Made by a program: the position numbers and the translations under genes. The notes under the pieces were generated by a model. That model did not search any database, was not told the DNA's origin, and saw only the letters and a list, made by a program, of their open reading frames with translations. Below are positions 1 through 5,836 of a DNA stretch of 8,074 nt, in pieces; position 1 is the first letter of the stretch; each line of letters starts with the position of its first letter. The stretch is from NCBI GenBank assembly GCA_964565125.1, contig CAZMCX010000020.1, positions 2,806 to 10,879 of the forward strand, given 5' to 3'. Origin of the DNA: an uncultured archaeon (GTDB taxonomy: Archaea; Iainarchaeota; Iainarchaeia; Iainarchaeales; 0-14-0-20-30-16).

Positions 1-62
1 TTCTTATTCTTGCTTCCGGACGTAATTCTCTAAACGGCATAAAATCACTTTTTTATAAAAAC

Positions 63-800
63 TCACTCTTTCCCTTTTTTTCTATTCTCTTTTTTCAACA
101 CTTTTAAAATATCATCAAATTTATAAAGCACATAATCTGGTTTATATGCCACCACAATTTCTTGGACTTTCTTTTTTGACAATTTTCTTGGCAACATTCC
201 TTTATAATAACCATAAGAAGCAAATACTGTTTTAAAACCAGCAAGCTTTCCGCCCACAATATCTCTTTCAGGCAAATCACCCACAAACAAGATCTCATGT
301 GGGTTCATACAAGACTGTTTTTTAACAATATCAAAAGGAATATTTGTGGCTTTTGTTGCATTAGTATCATCCAAAGTAATTACAAAATCAAAAAAATCTT
401 CTAGGCCTATTTCTACAAGACGGAGCCATACTTTTATACTGGGGGCATCACTTAAAATACCCATAATAATTTTTTTTTTAGACAATTCAAGAAGTGTTTT
501 TCTTACACGAGGAAACGCATACATTCCGCCCATTCTTGCTTTTCGGTAGGCAAAAAGTGCTTTTGCTAAAAGTCTACTGTCATTTTCTTTCCCAAATTTT
601 GTGAGATATTTTTGAAAAATACGAGGATCTTCCATATTAAATCCACTGTATATTTGGTAAATTTCTTTTTTTGCGGATCTAAAAGTAGTAGGCAGACCTG
701 CGTCTAAAAATGCATTAATAGAAGCATTTATTGCATTCTCTTTTCTTGCCAGAAAATCTATTAGTGTGTTATCCAAATCAAACACTATTGCTTTAATCAT
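63..800 (-). CDS. HAD-superfamily (subfamily IA-like) phosphatase/hydrolase
   Basis: The 245-aa ORF carries the four HAD motifs in order. Motif I is FDLDNTL (DxDxT) at residues 7-13. Motif II is GILSDA. A Lys region reads TKATNIPF. Motif IV is GDLPERDIVGG. It ends in a TGA stop. It starts 19 nt after the stop of the preceding minus-strand ORF, so it is probably operonic. Confidence 0.85.
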   Translation of the reverse strand: MIKAIVFDLDNTLIDFLARKENAINASINAFLDAGLPTTFRSAKKEIYQIYSGFNMEDPRIFQKYLTKFGKENDSRLLAKALFAYRKARMGGMYAFPRVRKTLLELSKKKIIMGILSDAPSIKVWLRLVEIGLEDFFDFVITLDDTNATKATNIPFDIVKKQSCMNPHEILFVGDLPERDIVGGKLAGFKTVFASYGYYKGMLPRKLSKKKVQEIVVAYKPDYVLYKFDDILKVLKKENRKKGKE

Positions 801-819
801 TCACATCCACTTCTGTTAG

Positions 820-999
820 TTAATTATCCCCTTTAAGTTTTAAATATTGTTCTTTAGTATAATTTGCAGACTTCAAAGCAGAGTTTATTATTACATTTTG
901 CTGTCTAGACCAAACTTTATCATTATGGGTTTTTACATATTCAGCCCACAATTCAACAAATTCCATTCTTTCTTTATTATTTTCTGAAATAAAACTCAT
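820..999 (-). CDS. small hypothetical protein, 59 aa (below ORF-track cutoff)
   Basis: Hand translation gives MSFISENNKERMEFVELWAEYVKTHNDKVWSRQQNVIINSALKSANYTKEQYLKLKGDN with a TAA stop. An SD-like GGTGAT (1005-1010, minus strand) lies 5 nt upstream of the ATG at 999. The ORF exactly fills the gap between the neighbouring minus-strand ORFs. I recognise no family. Confidence 0.45.
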   Translation of the reverse strand: MSFISENNKERMEFVELWAEYVKTHNDKVWSRQQNVIINSALKSANYTKEQYLKLKGDN

Positions 1000-1020
1000 T
1001 TAACATCACCGAAAATGTTT

Positions 1021-1275
1021 TTATTTTTTCTTTATCAAGATACTGTTCCGCAACTGCCCTAACAAAATAGCAACATAACCACTAATTACAACATATTTTG
1101 AGTGTTTTTCTAAAATTTTTAGAAAATCTAAAGTAAACGAATCCAAATCAGAAATTTCCCTACAAATCTTTATTTTTGACTTAGATATAAATTCCACATA
1201 ATAAAAAGGAGTAAATCCCTTTAAATTATTATCGGACTTCAAGGCATTACAGTTTTTCCTTACTCTCTTTTCCAC
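1021..1275 (-). CDS. hypothetical 84-aa ORF; possibly a truncated nucleotidyltransferase-fold remnant
   Basis: This ORF is in the track. Its ATG overlaps the hisS 3' end by 29 nt. The segment LDFLKILEKHSKYVVISGYVAILLGQLRNS resembles the N-terminal helix plus G[GS]xA..xG strand of small nucleotidyltransferases. However, the ORF stops before any DxD catalytic motif. The start site and functionality are uncertain. Confidence 0.3.
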   Translation of the reverse strand: MEKRVRKNCNALKSDNNLKGFTPFYYVEFISKSKIKICREISDLDSFTLDFLKILEKHSKYVVISGYVAILLGQLRNSILIKKK

Positions 1276-2485
1276 TCTCTAAATCCTTCATTGTGTATTG
1301 CTTATTCTCTAAATCTTTGTCCCCCAGAATAATTATTTTCTTTGCACCAAGATAATTAGCATACTCAAACTGCTTTGATAATCCCTGGACTTCTAATGCT
1401 AATTCTACAGTTCCTTTTTTTCTATATTCTTGTGCAAGCCCAACTGCTTTTTCATAACAATTTTCACTTAAAACTGCAATGTAATAATCAACATTTTTTT
1501 TGTATTTTTCAAAGATCTTTTTATCTTCTAAACAAACTAAAATTCCTGGCACTCCTGCACCAAATCCAATTGCAGGAAGTTTTACATTTGGCAAAAAAGA
1601 AGTCACTAAATCTTCGTATGCTCCTCCTCCAACAATTGCCCTTCCACCCATAGTAGAAAATACTTCAAAAACTATATCAGTGTAATAATCTAAACCCCTT
1701 ATTATAATTGGATCAAATTTCGCTGTTTTTACACCATATGATTTTAACATAGAAAATATTTCGTCCATTTCTTTTTTTGCTTTTTTTCCAACCTCATCTA
1801 ATTTTTTAAAATCTTTTAAAGTTGCTGTTTTCAATAAATAAACTTTTTCTATTTGTTCTTTTTTTAATTTTATTTTTTTCAAATTATTTTCAAAATCTTC
1901 TTTTGATAATTTTTCAATTCCATCTATTTCTTTCATTACTTCTTTTTTATTTTTTATTTCTAAAGAATCCAAATAAGAATCCATTAATTTTCTGTTATTA
2001 ATTCTTATTATAAAATCTTTGTCTTTTAAACCCAAAGAAATTAAGAAATCATTAATTAATGCAAAAGTTTCAGCAACTACTTTAGGATTATATTTTCCAA
2101 TAACATCATAATTCAATTGAAAGAATTCTCTATCCCTTGCTTTTTGCGGTTGCTCGTATCTATAACATCGAGGCATAGAAAACCATTTTAAAGGCTTTTT
2201 CAATTCTTTATTTTTCTTTGCAATCATTCTTGCCAGAGAAGGAGTCATTTCTGGCCTTAATGCTAATTGTCTATCAGATTTGTCCTTAAAAGTATACATC
2301 TGTTCAGGAAGTTCTCCGCCAGATTTCTCAAGCCAAAGATCTGCAGATTCCATTATTGGAGCCTCATACTCTTCTCCACCATATTTTTTACAAGTTTCCT
2401 TCCACTTGTCAAAGATATAGTTCACTTTACTCATAAGTTCTGGATAATAATCGTTCATTCCCTTTAAGGGCTCTAGAGATACCAT
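1247..2485 (-). CDS. hisS: histidine--tRNA ligase (HisRS), class II aaRS with C-terminal anticodon-binding domain
   Basis: Recognisable HisRS signatures are LRPEMTPSLARM, motif 2 RCYRYEQPQKARDREFFQLNYDVIG and HisA RGLDYY. There is also an HGTP-type anticodon-binding tail (VDYYIAVLSE...KKIIILGDKDLENKQYTMKDL). I moved the start from the track position 2572 to the ATG at 2485. From there MVSLEPLKGMNDYYPE matches the conserved HisRS N-terminus (compare E. coli IRGMNDYLPGE). The 29 upstream codons are hydrophobic junk that overlaps the upstream gene's stop, a hairpin and a TATA-like box. The stop is TAA. Confidence 0.9.
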   Translation of the reverse strand: MVSLEPLKGMNDYYPELMSKVNYIFDKWKETCKKYGGEEYEAPIMESADLWLEKSGGELPEQMYTFKDKSDRQLALRPEMTPSLARMIAKKNKELKKPLKWFSMPRCYRYEQPQKARDREFFQLNYDVIGKYNPKVVAETFALINDFLISLGLKDKDFIIRINNRKLMDSYLDSLEIKNKKEVMKEIDGIEKLSKEDFENNLKKIKLKKEQIEKVYLLKTATLKDFKKLDEVGKKAKKEMDEIFSMLKSYGVKTAKFDPIIIRGLDYYTDIVFEVFSTMGGRAIVGGGAYEDLVTSFLPNVKLPAIGFGAGVPGILVCLEDKKIFEKYKKNVDYYIAVLSENCYEKAVGLAQEYRKKGTVELALEVQGLSKQFEYANYLGAKKIIILGDKDLENKQYTMKDLESGKESKEKL

Positions 2486-2516
2486 AGCGATCACTTGATA
2501 GAAATAGAGAATAAAA

Positions 2517-2525
2517 ATATATAAA
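2517..2525 (-). promoter_or_regulatory. TATA-box-like element upstream of hisS
   Basis: The minus strand reads TTTATATAT, 31 nt upstream of the ATG at 2485. A GTGAT SD-like element lies in between. This is a motif match only. Confidence 0.3.
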
Positions 2526-2540
2526 GGAATGTAACTTATA

Positions 2541-2557
2541 AGGAAAACTATTTTCCT
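2541..2557 (-). terminator. 7-bp hairpin with the gene's TAG stop codon in its 3-nt loop
   Basis: The sequence AGGAAAA-cta-TTTTCCT is a perfect inverted repeat. The loop CTA (2548-2550) is the reverse complement of the TAG stop of the upstream minus-strand gene. It lies between that gene and the hisS promoter region. Confidence 0.35.
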
Positions 2558-3303
2558 AACATTCCGCCCCATTCAAATGCAGCAAAACCAGCCCTATTTT
2601 GCGATTCTACGTTTGGTGTATCAAAATAGTCTCCACTAGCAGGAACAAAATAGAATATTCTTCTTATTACCACATCCGGTTTAGGGTCTATTATTAGGGC
2701 CATATTGTTATTCAAAAACTCATCACTAAATAGCCCTACTTCATAAGATACCTTGTTATCCAACCTGTTCAACCAATATTCCATAAATTGGCTTTGCTCT
2801 TTTTTATTGAATCCTAACAAAGGTAAATTTTTATTAAACCAAGTTTCTAAATTTCCTTTTTTTACAATCCATCTTTCTTTTGGGAGGCCATATTTTTTTA
2901 AGGCAACTTCATAAAATAAGTAGTCATATTTATTCTCGATTATACTATTTTTAAAAACAAAAACATTCCACCCTGAGTTATATTTAGGTACATCAGCATT
3001 ATAAAATTCAAAAGAAATTTCATCATCCGCAATAGAATTAAAATAAACTAAACTTCCACGTGTAAATAACATACTTATAGGAGAAAGGAAATTTATTGTG
3101 TTAATATCCGTATCATCGCTTAATACAACAAAGGAACCTGGAGTACCAGGATTTTCCAGACTACCTGCACCGAAGGCAAGATTTAGATCGACAATGTTTA
3201 AGTTATTAATATCCGAATTGTCTATGTAGATTCCACTTGTTCCTGTGTTTGTAAAATTTAAATAAGAGTTTGTAAGCACAATATTCAAATCAGTTTGTGA
3301 CAT
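2548..3303 (-). CDS. C-terminal 251 codons of a secreted protein of unknown function (same frame as 3442-3693)
   Basis: This ORF is in the track. The N-terminal half is N/D/T-rich with degenerate repeats, such as LNFTNTGTSGIYIDNS and LAFGAGSLENPGTPG. These are reminiscent of beta-helix / Pmp-like FxxN...GGAI repeats. The C-terminal about 130 aa (KYDYLFYEV...FMEYWLNRL...DPKPDVVIRRIFYFVP...GFAAFEWGG) looks like a globular conserved domain that I cannot name. This segment has no signal peptide of its own. Its stop is TAG, followed 3 codons later by an in-frame TAA. Confidence 0.7.
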   Translation of the reverse strand: MSQTDLNIVLTNSYLNFTNTGTSGIYIDNSDINNLNIVDLNLAFGAGSLENPGTPGSFVVLSDDTDINTINFLSPISMLFTRGSLVYFNSIADDEISFEFYNADVPKYNSGWNVFVFKNSIIENKYDYLFYEVALKKYGLPKERWIVKKGNLETWFNKNLPLLGFNKKEQSQFMEYWLNRLDNKVSYEVGLFSDEFLNNNMALIIDPKPDVVIRRIFYFVPASGDYFDTPNVESQNRAGFAAFEWGGMLGK

Positions 3304-3441
3304 ACTATCAATGTTTATGAATTTAGCAGTATCCCCAATATTGAAAATACAGTTACTAAAAGAAACTTCTGCAAGTTCGTTTGTTGTAAAATCAAAAAAA
3401 GCACCTAATGCACTATCATCATTTGTATCTATTGTATACCC

Positions 3442-3693
3442 CTAACAATCCAAATGAAAATAATTATCGTCATCATCCACACCTAGCGCAAAACAAGATG
3501 CCCCGAAGCCATTGATGTCTGCATTTAGATCAACAGTTTTACCAAGGTAAGAAATATCAAGTACAACACAACCAGAAATATTCATATCCCCAGAGAAAGC
3601 TAAACTTGTAGCAAAAATCAATAGAAAAGAAAAATATAAATTAAAAAATAAAATCCGCTTACCTTGTGCACATAACATTCCTAAAAATGCCAC
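3442..3693 (-). CDS. N-terminal signal-peptide segment of the same secreted protein, ended by an in-frame TAG
   Basis: The track ORF starts at a GTG at 3693, with an alternative ATG at 3678. The sequence MLCAQGKRILFFNLYFSFLLIFATSLAFS/GD is a classic n-h-c signal peptide. The ORF ends at a TAG at 3442-3444. The frame is identical to that of 2548-3303, since 3693-2548+1 = 1146 = 3 x 382. Confidence 0.6.
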   Translation of the reverse strand: MAFLGMLCAQGKRILFFNLYFSFLLIFATSLAFSGDMNISGCVVLDISYLGKTVDLNADINGFGASCFALGVDDDDNYFHLDC

Positions 3694-3751
3694 TATTGCT
3701 TATAATGTAAGTTATATTTATTGGTTTTGGTCTTCACGTAGGCGAGAGCAA

Positions 3752-3790
3752 ATAGGGGAAAAGGACTAAACTGCTTTGGTTAGGCAGAGG
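3752..3790. repeat. left copy of the direct repeat flanking the abiE cassette
   Basis: The sequence is ATAGGGGAAAAGGACTAAACTGCTTTGGTTAGGCAGAGG. It matches 5534-5566 at about 28 of 34 positions with one gap by hand alignment. A degenerate partial copy, GTAGGCGAGAGCA, sits at 3738-3750. Confidence 0.7.
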
Positions 3791-3820
3791 CACCATATGG
3801 TTGAGATTAAGGCATTAGAA

Positions 3821-4759
3821 TCATTTTATTTTATCTAATAACTTGTTTAGGTAGATTACATACTCTTTTACAAAAGAATCAAACTCTTTAGGCAATTCCC
3901 TAAGCAATAGTCTGGATTCTCCCTCTTGGATTTTCATATTTTCAGCAAATTTATTTTGTTTCTTTAACAAGAAATTTTGCCTATATTTTTCATAGTTATC
4001 CAATACTGGTTTTGTCTTCAGGATAATTTTTCTTTCAAATAACTCTATTTTTTTATTTAGATTGCGCAAAATCAAAAATACATCAATAAAATCACGGTAT
4101 TTAATACCACGCCTTGTTAATATCGCTCTGTTTTTTTCAACAAGTATTTCTTCCAAGCTATAACAATTACACTCTATTGGAAAAAATAAATTTGTACTCT
4201 CGGGAAAGATAAATTCTGACTCCTCCCTTGTTTCTTTATTCAAATCTGAAAATAAACTCTTTGCAGTACAAACATTAATTGGATATAGTAATGATTCACA
4301 AAAATTAATTTGTATCTTGATAAACTTATCTTCTTGTGAAATAACAGATTTATACCAAAATTTAAATGTTGCAAATTTGTCATTTGCCCCTAACTCTACA
4401 TATCTCCTATTATTTTTTTCTATTTTGAAATCTAAATCATTTTTCAAAGCAATAATTTCTAATTCTTTTCCTAATGTACCAATTAAAGTAGATAATATTC
4501 TTCTTAATGCCTTACTACTCAAATCTTTAAATTGATCTTGATTACCCCAAGTAAAATCCAGATCTTCTGAAAACCGATAATAACCCAAATAACATTTAGT
4601 TAAACAGGTTCCACCTTTGAATATAAAATTTTGACCAAATTTATTATTATCAATTAAGTCTTTAAAAAATAAATGCAGTATTAAGTCCTTTTCTAGCAAA
4701 TCTTGTTCTTTTAGGTTCTTTATTCTTGAAAAATAATCAATAATTTTTTTATTTATCAT
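3821..4759 (-). CDS. abiEii: AbiEii/DUF1814-family nucleotidyltransferase (type IV toxin-antitoxin toxin)
   Basis: The 312-aa ORF has the family motifs FIFKGGTCL...YRFSEDLDF (GG-T-L ... RxSxDxDF). It also has the later EKNRAILTRRGIKYRDFIDVF (K..A...R....RD..D) motif. Its ATG at 4759 overlaps the upstream partner's stop by 11 nt. A G7 SD-like tract lies 7 nt upstream. Confidence 0.85.
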   Translation of the reverse strand: MINKKIIDYFSRIKNLKEQDLLEKDLILHLFFKDLIDNNKFGQNFIFKGGTCLTKCYLGYYRFSEDLDFTWGNQDQFKDLSSKALRRILSTLIGTLGKELEIIALKNDLDFKIEKNNRRYVELGANDKFATFKFWYKSVISQEDKFIKIQINFCESLLYPINVCTAKSLFSDLNKETREESEFIFPESTNLFFPIECNCYSLEEILVEKNRAILTRRGIKYRDFIDVFLILRNLNKKIELFERKIILKTKPVLDNYEKYRQNFLLKKQNKFAENMKIQEGESRLLLRELPKEFDSFVKEYVIYLNKLLDKIK

Positions 4760-5402
4760 TCAACAACCCCCCCATTATTTTTTTTACGGTTTTAGGGTAG
4801 GCTTTTGAGTATTTTAGTAGTTTCTTAGAATCTGCGTTTTCCATATATTCTACAATATTATCTCTAATCTCATTATAGTTATTTCCAGCATAACTTAGTA
4901 AGTAAATCTTGTCCAAGATTGTTTTTTCTAAATCCGAATAAATTAGATTATTTTTAATAATACCAAAACCAAACAAATCTGGCTTTATTTTAACAAACTT
5001 TATTTTTCTACCATTAATTTCTATTGGTTCTTTCCCAAATATTTTGTCATTAATAATGTAGTCGATAGAAAAATATTCGTGTGTAATGTTATTAAATTTA
5101 AATGCAGATTCTAATCCAAAGTACCAGTTTTTAATTCCTTTTAATTCTAATGCATTTTTTATTAGTTCCAAATAAGTAGTATCAATTGATTTATGTTTTC
5201 GTTCATCAGCAGACAAGGTATAGAATACACCCTTCAAAATAGTCTTAACATACCGATTATGAATTAGATACGAGATCGCATCTCTATAATTCAATTGCAG
5301 AGATTTGCAGTATTCAATTAATTCAGTCCTTGTAACATACTTCTTATCATTAAAATACAATTTTTCAACAATTGCAGAGTATTTCATATCATCACAGCCC
5401 AC
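4749..5402 (-). CDS. abiEi: AbiEi-like (COG5340-type) wHTH transcriptional regulator / type IV antitoxin
   Basis: The 217-aa ORF lies immediately upstream of abiEii and overlaps it translationally. Its N-terminal part looks like wHTH (VTRTELIEYCKSLQLNYRDAISYLIHNRYVKTILKGVFYT). It also has the characteristic WYFGLESAFKFNNITHE segment of AbiEi C-terminal domains. The track start is a GTG at 5402, which sits 22 nt downstream of a TATA-like box. An alternative ATG at 5387 is preceded by a GTGAT. Confidence 0.75.
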   Translation of the reverse strand: MGCDDMKYSAIVEKLYFNDKKYVTRTELIEYCKSLQLNYRDAISYLIHNRYVKTILKGVFYTLSADERKHKSIDTTYLELIKNALELKGIKNWYFGLESAFKFNNITHEYFSIDYIINDKIFGKEPIEINGRKIKFVKIKPDLFGFGIIKNNLIYSDLEKTILDKIYLLSYAGNNYNEIRDNIVEYMENADSKKLLKYSKAYPKTVKKIMGGLLNDK

Positions 5403-5424
5403 ATTATATCTAACAGAAGTACAC

Positions 5425-5432
5425 TTTATATA
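5425..5432 (-). promoter_or_regulatory. TATA-box-like element upstream of abiEi
   Basis: The minus strand reads TATATAAA, 22 nt upstream of the GTG at 5402. The spacing is compatible with a leaderless archaeal transcript. This is a motif match only. Confidence 0.3.
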
Positions 5433-5471
5433 CTATTACAATATAAAACACGAAGGATTTATAAATATTAC

Positions 5472-5520
5472 CCTTTTCCGTAACATTTTATCATATTCAA
5501 AGAGTAAGTAGGGGAAAAGG
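5472..5520. promoter_or_regulatory. 8-bp inverted repeat CCTTTTCC / GGAAAAGG upstream of abiEi (candidate operator)
   Basis: Positions 5472-5479 (CCTTTTCC) pair perfectly with 5513-5520 (GGAAAAGG) across a 33-nt spacer. The right arm is part of the first flanking-repeat copy. Confidence 0.3.
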
Positions 5521-5572
5521 ATTAACTTACAAGTAGGGGAAAACGATAAACAGCGGTAGTTAGGCAAAAGAG
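5508..5572. repeat. right copies (tandem, 25-nt period) of the direct repeat flanking the abiE cassette
   Basis: GTAGGGGAAAAGGATTAAC lies at 5508-5526. GTAGGGGAAAACGATAAACAGCGGTAGTTAGGCAAAAGAG lies at 5533-5572. The second copy carries the same GTTAGGCA core as the left copy. Confidence 0.7.
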
Positions 5573-5674
5573 AAATAGCAAAAGTATCAGGTTAATTTTC
5601 CTTATAAGACAGTTTTATTTGAAGAAATTAGAGGTTATGAAAAATTACCTTTTATTATATATTTATCAAGCTCT

Positions 5675-5806
5675 TCAAAGCTTACAGGAACAAAATTTTC
5701 TTTTTTGTTTTTGGAATTCTTCAGAGCTTATTTTTTGCCGGAAGAAATCTCTTTTTATTTGTGATAGCGATTTTTTTAAATCTTCTAATTCTTTGTTCAT
5801 ACCCAT
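5675..5806 (-). CDS. 43-aa peptide with SHOCT-like helical motif (not in ORF track)
   Basis: Hand translation gives MGMNKELEDLKKSLSQIKRDFFRQKISSEEFQKQKRKFCSCKL with a TGA stop. A strong SD, GAGGTG (5814-5819, minus strand), lies 7 nt upstream of the ATG. The ORF starts 30 nt after the stop of the 91-aa ORF. The pattern L..L......(K/G)-IS-EEF-K-K resembles the short C-terminal SHOCT domain. Confidence 0.4.
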   Translation of the reverse strand: MGMNKELEDLKKSLSQIKRDFFRQKISSEEFQKQKRKFCSCKL

Positions 5807-5836
5807 ATAATAACACCTCATTAATAACCTGCGAAT

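Noticed and set aside
104-549. Track ORFs 104-298 (-) and 346-549 (+) inside the HAD gene
   Set aside because: Both lie entirely within, or antisense to, a well-supported HAD CDS. Their translations are low-complexity and have no motifs.
1375-2467. Plus-strand track ORFs 1375-1653, 1500-1685 and 2267-2467
   Set aside because: They are antisense to hisS. Their leucine/phenylalanine-rich translations are typical of the reverse strand of an AT-rich gene.
2486-2572. 29-codon N-terminal extension of the hisS ORF (track start at 2572)
   Set aside because: The extension (MGRNVRKIVFLISYIPLYIFILYFYQVIA) is hydrophobic low-complexity sequence. It overlaps the upstream gene's stop codon, a hairpin and a TATA-like box. 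The conserved HisRS N-terminus begins at the internal ATG at 2485, which is preceded by GTGAT.
3738-3800. tRNA or tRNA fragment as an integration target in the GC-richer flanks of the abiE cassette
   Set aside because: No cloverleaf can be drawn. There is no T-loop GTTCRANYC-like sequence and no acceptor-stem complementarity in either flank.
4317-5511. Plus-strand track ORFs 4317-4535 and 5305-5511
   Set aside because: They are antisense to abiEii and abiEi. They have no start context or motif support.
3752-5572. Integron attC sites: the repeat core GTTAGGC fits the GTTRRRY core-site consensus, and GCCTAAC fits RYYYAAC on the coding strand
   Set aside because: I could not find the required partner site or the extended imperfect palindrome (R''-L''...L'-R', more than 50 nt) around either copy. 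The purine tracts are direct rather than inverted, and no integron integrase is in the window. The heptamer match alone could be chance. I kept it only as a remark under the flanking-repeat finding.
5619-5810. Plus-strand 63-aa track ORF (TTG start)
   Set aside because: Its sequence (…LLLYIYQALQSLQEQNFLFCFWNSS…) looks non-protein-like and lacks an SD. The opposite strand carries a 43-codon ORF with a GAGGTG SD and operonic spacing, which I consider more plausible.
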